DNA of 62,426 bases, filler included, from Nitrospirae bacterium CG2_30_53_67 (GCA_001873285.1; 7 parts of 7 records of this genome joined end to end with filler, not necessarily neighbours in it); one strand, 5' to 3'; positions 49,183 to 58,712 are shown, counted from the whole stretch's first letter. Notes: generated by a model not told the origin, from the sequence alone. A program made the numbers and translations.

Positions 49183-52100
49183 GGACGCTTCCCTCCATAA
49201 GGAGGCTGTTCCTCCCGCAGCATCATCGGTTTGGTCATAGCGTTCACTGATAGATAGTAGTGAGCGACTTTGCTCACCTCATGCCAATCCAGCCGGGCAG
49301 GGTCTTTTATTGGTTCCTGGAGTTGGGGTTGTATACTGCAATTGGTCACGACGTAGAGCCAATAGCAGTCCCGTCGGTCTTCCGCAACTCTTCGTTCGTT
49401 TGGGGTGAGAAGAACCGTGCCGGTTGCCTCGCCGATGCCCTTTACTTCTATGAGCCGAAGCTCGCTGGAATCCAGGTCAAGGCTGGTCATATCATAGCCA
49501 AGGTTCTTTTCGTGTACGTCATAAACCAGGCGTCCCTGTGCTTTCTCGAATTCCATAACCACACTCATGGCAATGGCTTCGGTTTCAAGATTGGGCCGTA
49601 GATTCTTGACCTCCGGGCTTTCGCGATCCGGATGGGGAAGAACAAGCACGCTTGTTATCCGCTCTATGCCTTGAAGCGATAGGCTTTTCTGACGGGCAAA
49701 ATCCTGGCGCCGGCTCTCCCTTCGCGCAAGGAGCTCGGCATGGCGGGTCTCTGCCTGGGCAAGGCGTCCTTCGGCTCCCGGAACCTTCTGATCCACTTCG
49801 GATGCCGCTCTGCCGATCTCTTCATCGGCCTTCTGTAAAAGTTCCGTGAGTGAAAGCTCCACGTGAGAGGAGACTCGTTCTATTTCAGATATTCGTTCAT
49901 CACGAACTTCGTCAATAAAGGCCCGAAGAACGTTTTCGTGGAGCCACTCGGTCACTTCGTGGCTCGCAGGAACACTGGCAAGTTCAACGGAAGCTTTGGC
50001 TGGAGTAAAATTGCCCAGCATTCCCGGTTCCTGTTGGCGTATTGTGCCGTTGTCTGCCACTTCTACGCAGAAAAGTCGTTCGTGGATGGTCTTGCCAAGA
50101 CCGTCAACAACGCGGCCTCGATAAAAGTCCACCCGGGTCGGTGCATCATGTTGAAGAGAAAAGAAGCTGGCCCCCTGGCCAAACGCCGGCTGTGACAAGG
50201 ACAAGGCATGGCGCCGTAGTGCTTCAAAAAGCGGGTGGCCGGGGGTCACCCATTCCAGGTTATTGTTCTCGGCTGTTTGGCGGTCTGCGGATAGGCGCGG
50301 GTATTTGACTGCCAATGAAGGGAGTTTCCAGTCGGAATCCCTCTCATAGTTTTTTAAGACCATGGGAGTCTTTACGGCCTCGAAAGTATGGGGGAGGTGC
50401 TGAACCGGCTTTAATTTCAAGGGGACATACTCGGACGCCTCTTGAATGAAACGGGCTATGGTCTCCGGAACGACACGTCTCTCCTGCGCCCTCGCCCGAC
50501 GCTCGATGAGCATTTCGAGGTTAAGCTTTTTTGAGGCAAGTCCCTCAAGGGCATTCCGGCAGATAGATCGAAACTTCTCTTCGTCAACGTTCCTGAGAAG
50601 GCGATCCTCCAGGTCTGCATCGCCCAGTCGTCCTGCGTAATAGTCTCGAAGGACACGCTCTACGTGTGCTGCCGGAAGGACCTCGCCGACTACATTGAAG
50701 ACCGCATCATCATCGAGGGCATTGCGGATCTCCTGAAGTTTATCAAGAAGCCTTTGGAGAACTCGGCCCTCAATCGTGTTGGTTGCTACAAAATTGAAGA
50801 TGAGGCAGTCTTTCCGTTGTCCGTATCGATGAATTCTACCCATTCTCTGCTCGAGACGGTTTGGGTTCCATGGAATATCATAGTTGAAGAGGATGTGGCA
50901 GCACTGCAGGTTGATACCTTCCCCGGCCGCCTCGGTAGCCACAAGAATTTGAATGTCTCCATCTTTGAACTGCTGTTCAGCATGGAGCCGCGTACCGGTT
51001 TCATCTCTTGATCCGGGCTTCATGCCGCCGTGAATCGAACCGACCTGGAAGCCCCACTCTTTGAGGCAATCTATAAGGTAGTAGAGGGTGTCTTTGAATT
51101 CCGTGAATATGAGAAGCCGTTCCTTTGGATGATCAAAAAAGCCTTCCTGCTGCATGAGTTCCTTGAGGCGAGAGAGTTTTGCCTCTGCACCAGATTTTTC
51201 AACTCCTTTTGCCTGCTCCTCAAGCCTCTTGAGGTCCTCTATTTCCTCCTGGATCTGGTCCGCGTTGCCGGCCAATGTGATGGCGTCCAGCATCTCCTCC
51301 AAACGTTCTCGCTCACTCTCTTCCATCTCCTCGATCTCTTCGGGGTCGGGGAGACCTGCCTGCGCCGCGCTGCCGCACAGCGCGGCAGGCAGGTCCGGCG
51401 GAGCTATGAGGGAAAGTTCCCGGGCGCGTTTGAGGCCCTCTTCCAGGCGTCTGGCCCGATTTTCCAAGGAATGGCGCATGGCGTGGGTGCTTGAGGCAAG
51501 GCGTCGCTGGTAGAGCGACATTAAGAATCCAACGGCTCGAGAACGGGGATCGTCACCTTGAGCAGCGGCCTTGGCGCTTTGTAGTTTCACAAAGCGTGTA
51601 ACATCCCGGTAGAGTTCAAATTCAGGCCCGTCGATCTGGAAATCCACGCTGTGGGTGATGCGTTTTGTGAATATCTTCTCCGCTGCCCAGGTTCCGTCCG
51701 GCCGTCGCTCCGGGAAATAAACCATTGCTTCCTTGGTCCGTCGCAAGTAAAAAGGCGCTCTTCTCCGTTCCATGGCCTGCCGGATGGATTTGACATCGGC
51801 ATACACATCGGTATCCAGAAGCTGCAGGAAGAGGCTGAAGTTTTCCGGGTCTCCTTTATGAGGCGTGGCTGTAAGCATGAGAAAATGATCCGAGGTATCA
51901 CGCAGAAGTTCGCCGAGAGCGTAACGGGCCGTCTTCCGGGCGGGTGGGCTCCAGGACATACGATGTGCCTCATCCACAATGATCAAGTCCCAGTTCACTT
52001 GTCGAAGACCGGGGAGGATCTCCGAACGCTTGGCAAGGTCCAGAGAGGTGATGACATGATTCTGTTCCAACCACTGATTCACGCCGAACTGGTCCCGTAT

Positions 52101-52658
52101 GTTGGAACCCTTCAAAACCAGGAATTTCTCATCAAACTTCTCCTTAAGCTCTCTCTGCCATTGGAAGGTGAGGTTCGAAGGGCAGACGATCAGGACTCTT
52201 TCGGCAAGGCCTCTGAGCTTGAGTTCTCGGATAAGAAGTCCTGCCATGATGGTTTTCCCGGCGCCGGCATCATCTGCCAGGAGGAACCGCACCCGGGCAA
52301 GTTTGAGCAGGTAGTCGTAGACAGCTTCGAGTTGGTGCGGCAGAGGATCAACCCGGGAAATCGAGAGACCAAAATAAGGATCGAACTCGTAGGCAATCCC
52401 AAGGGAATAGGCTTGAAGCCCAAGGCGCAGGAGTTTCCCGTCACCTTGATAATTAAACTCCGAATCTATGATGGTGAGGGTCTCTATATCAGTGGAGGTC
52501 AGAGTCACACTCCGAAATCTTTCCGACTTCGTGCCCACAAGCCCGGCAACCCAACTGTCCGGTCCATTGATTCGGACAGTCTCCACCCGCATGGGCTCAT
52601 TGAAGAGCGCGCCGGTCAGGATTTGGCCTCTTCGTATTGGAGCGGCTTGGTCGGTCAC
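49179..52658 (-). CDS. SNF2-family helicase with C-terminal DUF3883-like (NOV_C) domain; defence-island type
   Basis: LLADDAGAGKT, VDEAH, LTATPH, EAAGEGINLQ, PWNPNRLEQRMGRIHRYGQ; C-terminal NLGYDMTS..RLIEVKG..LTPNE..YWLYVV. Confidence 0.9.
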   Translation of the reverse strand: MTDQAAPIRRGQILTGALFNEPMRVETVRINGPDSWVAGLVGTKSERFRSVTLTSTDIETLTIIDSEFNYQGDGKLLRLGLQAYSLGIAYEFDPYFGLSISRVDPLPHQLEAVYDYLLKLARVRFLLADDAGAGKTIMAGLLIRELKLRGLAERVLIVCPSNLTFQWQRELKEKFDEKFLVLKGSNIRDQFGVNQWLEQNHVITSLDLAKRSEILPGLRQVNWDLIIVDEAHRMSWSPPARKTARYALGELLRDTSDHFLMLTATPHKGDPENFSLFLQLLDTDVYADVKSIRQAMERRRAPFYLRRTKEAMVYFPERRPDGTWAAEKIFTKRITHSVDFQIDGPEFELYRDVTRFVKLQSAKAAAQGDDPRSRAVGFLMSLYQRRLASSTHAMRHSLENRARRLEEGLKRARELSLIAPPDLPAALCGSAAQAGLPDPEEIEEMEESERERLEEMLDAITLAGNADQIQEEIEDLKRLEEQAKGVEKSGAEAKLSRLKELMQQEGFFDHPKERLLIFTEFKDTLYYLIDCLKEWGFQVGSIHGGMKPGSRDETGTRLHAEQQFKDGDIQILVATEAAGEGINLQCCHILFNYDIPWNPNRLEQRMGRIHRYGQRKDCLIFNFVATNTIEGRVLQRLLDKLQEIRNALDDDAVFNVVGEVLPAAHVERVLRDYYAGRLGDADLEDRLLRNVDEEKFRSICRNALEGLASKKLNLEMLIERRARAQERRVVPETIARFIQEASEYVPLKLKPVQHLPHTFEAVKTPMVLKNYERDSDWKLPSLAVKYPRLSADRQTAENNNLEWVTPGHPLFEALRRHALSLSQPAFGQGASFFSLQHDAPTRVDFYRGRVVDGLGKTIHERLFCVEVADNGTIRQQEPGMLGNFTPAKASVELASVPASHEVTEWLHENVLRAFIDEVRDERISEIERVSSHVELSLTELLQKADEEIGRAASEVDQKVPGAEGRLAQAETRHAELLARRESRRQDFARQKSLSLQGIERITSVLVLPHPDRESPEVKNLRPNLETEAIAMSVVMEFEKAQGRLVYDVHEKNLGYDMTSLDLDSSELRLIEVKGIGEATGTVLLTPNERRVAEDRRDCYWLYVVTNCSIQPQLQEPIKDPARLDWHEVSKVAHYYLSVNAMTKPMMLREEQPPYGGKRP
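51355..51393. repeat. 39-bp palindromic REP-like element inserted in-frame in the helicase
   Basis: cctgcct-gc-gccgcgctg-ccgca-cagcgcggc-aggcagg; adds LPAALCGSAAQAG. Confidence 0.7.
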
Positions 52659-52764
52659 AGTTCNNNNNNNNNNNNNNNNNNNNNNNNNNNNNNNNNNNNN
52701 NNNNNNNTTAATTAATTAANNNNNNNNNNNNNNNNNNNNNNNNNNNNNNNNNNNNNNNNNNNNG

Positions 52765-52893
52765 CTTACGCCCTATGAAACCGGTTCAGGCGGATGGGCC
52801 GCATCCCAGTGGGTAAAGAACGGGGAGCATATCGTGAACGCCGGGCTTCTCATTGCCCTCGCAGTTCTGATCTCCAGGTATTTCGCTTCGTAG
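52765..52893 (+). CDS. C-terminal end of a membrane protein (5' part in gap)
   Basis: Open frame LTPYETGSGGWAASQWVKNGEHIVNAGLLIALAVLISRYFAS*. Confidence 0.4.
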   Translation, partial: LTPYETGSGGWAASQWVKNGEHIVNAGLLIALAVLISRYFAS

Positions 52894-52919
52894 GATTCTC
52901 TCGGCCAAAAAACCCTTCT

Positions 52920-53090
52920 CACCACAGAGCACACAGAGAAAAACTTCCTTGGCAAAAAGCAAGAACAAAACTTCACCGCAGAGACGCGGAGGACGCAGAG
53001 AAGAGATCTCTGGGTTAAAAGCTAAAAACAAGAAATCTCACCGCAGGGACGCAAAGAAATACAACAACTCTCCTACAGAGAACATGGAGA
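52920..53090 (+). repeat. Array D: about 55-65-bp tandem units beginning CACCRCAGAG
   Basis: Unit starts at 52920, 52974 and 53039. Confidence 0.75.
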
Positions 53091-53122
53091 AAAAGCATTC
53101 ATCGGCACGGGTTGGTCTGAGA

Positions 53123-53421
53123 TTACCGGTAGGCTGAATCATGATCCGGGTGAAGGGATACAAAGGGTGTTTAGCACGGCGTGCCGATCGTTCTTGTCCA
53201 GTTCAAACAATCCTTCAAGAAAAATCGGGTTATTGACATCCATGCGGACCTTGCTTTTATTTCCGGATGGCTTCACTCAGTTTCGGGAGGTCGGTTTCTG
53301 ATGGTCTTTTTTCCCGTGCCCAGGCCAGTCCGTGATCTATTCGCCTCCTTGCAGGTTCTTCGTGGATCCGGCGTTCATTGTCTGGAACAAACTCCCCGGT
53401 TCGAATAATCTTCTTGCTTAT
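53123..53421 (-). pseudogene. Degraded toxin-antitoxin-like gene pair
   Basis: AGGAGG RBS then ATA-started IIRTGEFVPDNERRIH..IDHGLAWAREKRPSETDL* (53257-53421), followed by frameshifted KVRMDVNNPIF / LFELDKNDRHAVLNTL / SLHPDHDSAYR*. Family recalled from memory, not searched. Confidence 0.55.
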
Positions 53422-53519
53422 GATTCCCTCCCTTGCAAAAAATACTTGATTTAATTCCCCATTTTATATATATTTAGGGTATTCTATTCCCTTAGATTAT
53501 AATTAATTGGAGACTAAAC

Positions 53520-54659
53520 GTGCCGATTATTCCTCGGACAATCCAAAAAAATATTGAAAATCATCTATTTAAGAAGAAGGTGGTCATTATCTACGGTCCG
53601 AGACAGGTGGGCAAGACGACTCTGATCAAAGAGATACAGAAGAAATACCCTGAAAAATCAACCTACCTGAACTGTGATGAGCCGGATATACGCCAGGCCT
53701 TGACACAAGTTACGTCCACGGAAATCAAGGAGTTCATCGGCAGGAACAGGCTCATTTTTGTTGATGAGGCGCAGAGGGTGAAAAATATCGGCATCACTCT
53801 GAAAATCATGGTGGATCAACTTCCGGACGTACAGGTCTTGGCCACGGGCTCTTCATCTTTTGATTTGTCGAACGAGATCTCCGAACCCCTGACAGGGAGA
53901 AAGTATGAATTTCACCTCTATCCCTTTTCCCTCGAAGAGATCTCCGCCATCTATTCGGATATTGAAATTCAGAGAATCCTTGAAAGAAGAATGCTCCTCG
54001 GGATGTATCCGGAGATTGTTCAGGCCAAGACCGAGGCGGAAGGAAAATTAAGGAGTCTCACCCATAGCTATCTTTATAAAGATGCCCTTCAGTACCAGAA
54101 GATCAAACACTCTGAAGTTTTAGAGAGGCTGCTGCAGGCCCTGGCCCTGCAAATCGGTCAGGAGGTCTCCTACACCGAGCTGGCCGGGATTGTCGGAATA
54201 GATAAGAAGACCGTAGTAAGTTATATTGAAGTTCTGGAAAAGGCCTTTATTATTTTTCGTCTTGGGCCTTTCAGCCGAAACCTGAGAAATGAATTAAAGA
54301 AGCTCAGAAAGATCTATTTCTTTGATACCGGCGTCAGAAATGCCCTGATCAACAATTTCAACCCCCTGAATCTACGCGGGGACATCGGAAACCTGTGGGA
54401 AAATTTTATGATCAGTGAGAGGATCAAGTTTAACCAGAACCATGGGATCGCCAAGAATATCTATTTCTGGAGGACTCACGGACAGCAAGAGATCGATTAT
54501 CTGGAAGAAGCCCAAGGGAAACTTCACGGCTTTGAATTTAAATGGAACCAGAAAAACTATCGGGCGCCCCGCGTGTTCCTGGAGGCCTATGCCGGAAGTA
54601 ATGTGAAGGTTATCAACAATAAGACGTATAGGAGTTTTATCAGCGAGCGCGGTTTGTGA
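53520..54659 (+). CDS. AAA_14 ATPase with DUF4143 C-terminus
   Basis: GPRQVGKT, FVDEAQR, TGSSS, EPLTGRK, KIYFFDTGVRN, LWENF, YFWRT..QEIDY. Confidence 0.9.
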   Translation: MPIIPRTIQKNIENHLFKKKVVIIYGPRQVGKTTLIKEIQKKYPEKSTYLNCDEPDIRQALTQVTSTEIKEFIGRNRLIFVDEAQRVKNIGITLKIMVDQLPDVQVLATGSSSFDLSNEISEPLTGRKYEFHLYPFSLEEISAIYSDIEIQRILERRMLLGMYPEIVQAKTEAEGKLRSLTHSYLYKDALQYQKIKHSEVLERLLQALALQIGQEVSYTELAGIVGIDKKTVVSYIEVLEKAFIIFRLGPFSRNLRNELKKLRKIYFFDTGVRNALINNFNPLNLRGDIGNLWENFMISERIKFNQNHGIAKNIYFWRTHGQQEIDYLEEAQGKLHGFEFKWNQKNYRAPRVFLEAYAGSNVKVINNKTYRSFISERGL

Positions 54660-54680
54660 TGCCTGGTTAAAAGCAAGATT

Positions 54681-54938
54681 CACCGCAGAGGACGCGGAGA
54701 AAAATCTGCAGGGTGAAAAGCTAAAGACAAGGCTCTCACCGCAGAGACGCAGAGGACGCGGAGAAGAGATCTCTGGGCTAAAGCTAAAAACAAGAAATCT
54801 CACCACAGAGCACACAGAGAACGCAAAGAAGAACCTGCTTGGTGAAAAGCTAAAGACAAAGCTCTCACCGCAGAGGCGCGGAGGACGCAGAGAAAGGCTT
54901 ACTTGGCTATATAGCAGGGTTAAAAACCATTTCACCTC
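54681..54938 (+). repeat. Array D, second copy (4-5 units)
   Basis: Unit starts at 54681, 54737, 54801, 54866 and a degenerate one at 54933. The 54737 unit is nearly identical to the 52974 unit. Confidence 0.8.
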
Positions 54939-54963
54939 CATAAGAATTCTTTAGTAACAAGAA

Positions 54964-56049
54964 TTACTCATACTTCTCAAAAAGCTTCCCCCAGCGTGTC
55001 TTTCGGATCTCTCCGATTCTCTTCTTCCCTATCAAAGGATACCAGTAGAGGTCATGATAAAGCCGGGACGCGGCGTAGGACCATGGGACCAGGAAGGTTC
55101 GCAGCATGAGCTTTTCCAGGGGTTTCAGCCACCCGTGGTAGATCAATTTTTGCCCCCGGCTGGCCAGCGTGTTCTCATGGCCGTGAAAGTGAAAGTTCAC
55201 GCCGGAGATATCCTCGCCCACCACTTCAATCTCTGCGGGGTCGCCGACGCCGAGCCCCCGTTCGTGGGCCAGTCGGATGAATTTCAGGGAGAGGGGATCA
55301 AATCCCATCATCTTTGCGGCAATGGCGTCGATGGCCACTTGGTCCGCGCCGGCAAGGATGTAATTTTTTTCCAGAGGGACCATGCACCTCGGCCCGGGCC
55401 CGTCCCCGGCAAGGGTCCCATCCATGACAGCGAAGATCCCGGTGTGGATCTCCTTCTGGATCATGAGAAGATCCACCAGGGTTTCATGGATCACACTGTG
55501 GGTCCAATGCCGTTTTTCGTTCAAGAGCCCGCCGAAGGCGTTCTTCATGGCTCCGGTCATGGTGGTGAAGACATGGGTCTTCATGGTGGGAAGATGGATG
55601 ATGTTCTCGCCGATAAACCGCTTGGGAATCTTGATTCCATCCGGAAAGATCTTGTCGAGGACCAGCAGTTTTCCTTTGGGCTCGTAGCGTATCCACTCTT
55701 CTCCTTCGTAGAGATGGATGTTCCGCAGCCCGTACTTCTCCACGATCGGCTTGTGCTTGTTGTTGATTTCCCCCTTCTTGGCCGAGACCACCACGGTCCG
55801 GTTGTGGCAGGCATGCATGAGCTCCCGGGAGTAGCCGTCCAGAAGCAAGGTCCGGATCACGCCCTCCAATTGCCAGGGCGGCGTGGAGCACGCCGGGAAA
55901 TAGACCTCCCAGGAGATATTGATTTTGAGCGCGGTGTCCTTGTCCTTGGGCAGGAACGTTTCATATTCCGCAAGGCGCAAGAGCCTCTTATAATCTTCCA
56001 GTACGGTCTCCGGCCTCGTCTTAAGGACAGCAACTTTTGGTTTCATCAT
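54964..56049 (-). CDS. DUF362-domain protein
   Basis: LKINIS, LPTMKTH..TTMTGAMKNAFG, VMDG..GDGPGP, DQVAIDA. Confidence 0.82.
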   Translation of the reverse strand: MMKPKVAVLKTRPETVLEDYKRLLRLAEYETFLPKDKDTALKINISWEVYFPACSTPPWQLEGVIRTLLLDGYSRELMHACHNRTVVVSAKKGEINNKHKPIVEKYGLRNIHLYEGEEWIRYEPKGKLLVLDKIFPDGIKIPKRFIGENIIHLPTMKTHVFTTMTGAMKNAFGGLLNEKRHWTHSVIHETLVDLLMIQKEIHTGIFAVMDGTLAGDGPGPRCMVPLEKNYILAGADQVAIDAIAAKMMGFDPLSLKFIRLAHERGLGVGDPAEIEVVGEDISGVNFHFHGHENTLASRGQKLIYHGWLKPLEKLMLRTFLVPWSYAASRLYHDLYWYPLIGKKRIGEIRKTRWGKLFEKYE

Positions 56050-56067
56050 GGCCTTCCCATTCAGCTT

Positions 56068-56937
56068 TCATTGATATAGAACTGCCAACACGACAACAAC
56101 CCACAAGATGACATTGAGCATCATCGGCTTATCGCTGAGCATGATTTGTGCGGGATTTCCCCCCCGGTCCTTCTGATGCACCAGATAAAGATAGCGGAAG
56201 ATGCCGTAGAGCACGAAGGGGACGGTATAGATCAGATTTGAAGTCTGGAACTTTTCAACGGTCTCTTCGGATACGGTATAGAGGGCATAGGACATGACCG
56301 TAGAGGCCGTCACCACTGCGATCATTTGATCGAGGAAGTAAGGGCTGTACTGAGAAAGGACTTTGCGCGATGACACAGCGCCGTTTTCCTGCAAGATGAG
56401 TTCGTGACGCCTTTTCGAGAAGCCGAGGAATAGGGCGATGAGGGCCGTGCAGATCAGCACCCATTGGGACGTCGGCACATCGATGACCGCTGATCCGGCC
56501 AGCACACGAAGCACAAAGCCGGCCGAGATGGTCATGACATCAATAATGACAAGCTCCTTCAAGATGAAAGAGTAGAGGAGATTCAAGGTAAGATATATCA
56601 GGAGGATCGCCGCGAAACCGGAGGACAGAAACCAACTGACGCCGAGACAGAGGCCGGAAAGGAGAATCGCCGAAACCACTGCCGTCATGACCGAAAGCCT
56701 GCCGGAGGCGACGGGCCGTGCTGCTTTTTTCGGATGAGAACGGTCTTCTTCAATGTCTTTCACGTCATTGACCAGGTAGATCGCCCCGGATGCGCCGCAG
56801 AAAATGAGAAAGCCGAGGAAGGCTCTAAAAAACATCTCAAGATCAAGAAGGTTTTGCGAAAAAAGCAGGGGGGCCAAGACAAAGAGATTTTTTATCCACT
56901 GTTCAGGCCGCATGGAAATGATGATGGCTTTGAGCAA
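56068..56937 (-). CDS. UbiA-family prenyltransferase (decaprenyl-phosphate phosphoribosyltransferase-like)
   Basis: MRPEQWIKN, YLVND..D..EDRSHPKK..RPVASG, GFVLRVLAG, KRRHEL, YGIFRYL. Confidence 0.88.
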   Translation of the reverse strand: MLKAIIISMRPEQWIKNLFVLAPLLFSQNLLDLEMFFRAFLGFLIFCGASGAIYLVNDVKDIEEDRSHPKKAARPVASGRLSVMTAVVSAILLSGLCLGVSWFLSSGFAAILLIYLTLNLLYSFILKELVIIDVMTISAGFVLRVLAGSAVIDVPTSQWVLICTALIALFLGFSKRRHELILQENGAVSSRKVLSQYSPYFLDQMIAVVTASTVMSYALYTVSEETVEKFQTSNLIYTVPFVLYGIFRYLYLVHQKDRGGNPAQIMLSDKPMMLNVILWVVVVLAVLYQ

Positions 56938-57167
56938 GGAAGAGACTCCTCCATATTTTCCGGATCGTTGAGACGGCCGGACACGCCTGTTTTGGTGCGC
57001 TCACTCGACCTCTTGCGGTAGGCCGAACCGAATGATATTTTCAATCATTCTCTCTATATCCCGCCAAAATGTAAAGAACAATTTTCCAAATGAACGGAGC
57101 ACGTCTTGCCTTTTGCTATCTCTATCTTTTCTCTGTGTCCTGGTTTATTGTTGTCAAGCATTTTTTC

Positions 57168-57356
57168 TTTTTCTTGTCTTGGCATTTAGCCCGGAATCTC
57201 TTCCTTTGCGACCTCCGCGCCTCTGTGGTGAAGAGGTCTTGGTTTTCGTTCTTACCTAAAAGGCCTTTCCTCTGCGGTCTCTGTGTGCTCTGCGGTGAAT
57301 TCTTTGCCTTTGCCTTTGCCTTTGCCTTTAGCTATCTTTAGCCTTTCTCTGTGGTG
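57168..57356 (-). repeat. Array D, third copy, including (TTTGCC)4
   Basis: Minus-strand CACCRCAGAG starts at 57356, 57297 and 57230. Confidence 0.75.
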
Positions 57357-57367
57357 CGTCTTGTCTT

Positions 57368-58468
57368 TCACCCCCCCTGAAAGCGCCTCATGCGGATGTT
57401 CAGGATCAGCCCGGCTGCGATGAAGAGGGTGATCAGGGCCGAGCCCCCGTAGCTGATGAAGGGGAGGGGGATGCCTACGACCGGGAAGACGCCTGAGGTC
57501 ATCCCGATGTTCACAAAGACATAATAGGCGATCATGCTGACCAGCCCGGTGATGGTCAGCATGCTGAAGTCATCATAGGACTTGAGGGCGAAGCTGATTC
57601 CCCAGAACACAAAATAGGCAAAGAGCAGGACCAGGATCAGCACGCCGATAAAACCGGTCTCTTCGGCGATGACCGAGAAGATGAAATCCGTATGCTGTTC
57701 CGGGATAAACCGGAGCTGGCTCTGTGTCCCATGGAGAATCCCCTTTCCCAAAAACCCGCCGGAACCGATGGCGATCTTCGATTGGATGATGTGGTACCCG
57801 GCGCCGCTCGGGTCCATGGCAGGATTGAAAAACACCAGGATTCTCTGCTTCTGATAATCCTTGAGGAAGCGCCAGAGGAAGGGGACCGCACCAAGCGAAG
57901 CAATCCCACCGGTAAGAAGGATCTTTATGGGAATGCCGGCTATAAATATCAGGGTCAGTGAAATAAGCATCAGCATCAGCGTGGTTCCCAGGTCGGGCTG
58001 CCGGGCAACCAGAATCAGGGGGATGCCGATCAGGATACCCATGACCCCGTAATGGCTGAGGGTGATGATCCCGCGGTCACGGGCATCCGAAATATATCTG
58101 GAGAGGGCCAAAATCAGGGCGATCTTGGCAAACTCCGATGGCTGGAGGGTCAACGGCCCGATGTCGATCCACCGCTGCGCCCCCATACCCGTCCTCCCTT
58201 TGAAGGCTACGATGATGAGCAGGAGGACTGAGACCGTATAAATCACATACGCATAGCGCTGGATGGTCTGATAATGAATAGAAACCGTTACCAAGAGAGC
58301 AATGAGCCCAAACCCGATCCAGTTGAGCTGTTTTAAATAGAGGGCCGACGGCGGACTCCCGGCAAAATGAGAGGCGCTGTAGATGGCCCCGACCCCGATC
58401 AAAGAAAGAAAAAGGATCAGAAATAAAAACCCGAAATCAAAATGTGTAATCAGCCTGCGGTCGAGCAT
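57368..58468 (-). CDS. rodA: Rod shape-determining protein RodA
   Basis: GAQRWI, QPSEFAK, QPDLGT, YQKQRI, GYHIIQSKIAIGSGG, PEQHTDFIF, SYGGS. Confidence 0.95.
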   Translation of the reverse strand: MLDRRLITHFDFGFLFLILFLSLIGVGAIYSASHFAGSPPSALYLKQLNWIGFGLIALLVTVSIHYQTIQRYAYVIYTVSVLLLIIVAFKGRTGMGAQRWIDIGPLTLQPSEFAKIALILALSRYISDARDRGIITLSHYGVMGILIGIPLILVARQPDLGTTLMLMLISLTLIFIAGIPIKILLTGGIASLGAVPFLWRFLKDYQKQRILVFFNPAMDPSGAGYHIIQSKIAIGSGGFLGKGILHGTQSQLRFIPEQHTDFIFSVIAEETGFIGVLILVLLFAYFVFWGISFALKSYDDFSMLTITGLVSMIAYYVFVNIGMTSGVFPVVGIPLPFISYGGSALITLFIAAGLILNIRMRRFQGG

Positions 58469-58475
58469 GGTGGTC

Positions 58476-58612
58476 TTACCTTTTTTTTACAGGTTCTCCG
58501 CTAACCCCAACCAGGTTTTCAGCCTGTGAAAGATGCATATCGGACGGCAGGGATGCAGGCCTTAATTCCGGCGGGGGTTCCACCATCCGCCCGGTCTTTT
58601 TGAAATAGGCCT
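58476..58612 (-). CDS. C-terminal tail of the upstream gene, probably penicillin-binding protein 2
   Basis: Open frame AYFKK...PVKKR* ending 7 nt before rodA; mrdA-rodA order is usual. Confidence 0.45.
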
Positions 58613-58712
58613 NNNNNNNNNNNNNNNNNNNNNNNNNNNNNNNNNNNNNNNNNNNNTTAATTAATTAANNNNNNNNNNNNNNNNNNNNNNNNNNNNNNNN
58701 NNNNNNNNNNNN

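Noticed and set aside
52920..57356. About 60-bp arrays as degenerate CRISPR arrays
   Set aside because: The units lack a constant palindromic repeat, and the intervening parts resemble each other rather than being unique spacers.
7057..58712. TTAATTAATTAA palindrome repeated six times within N runs
   Set aside because: Artificial contig linker with stops in all frames; ORFs containing X residues across these linkers are artefacts.
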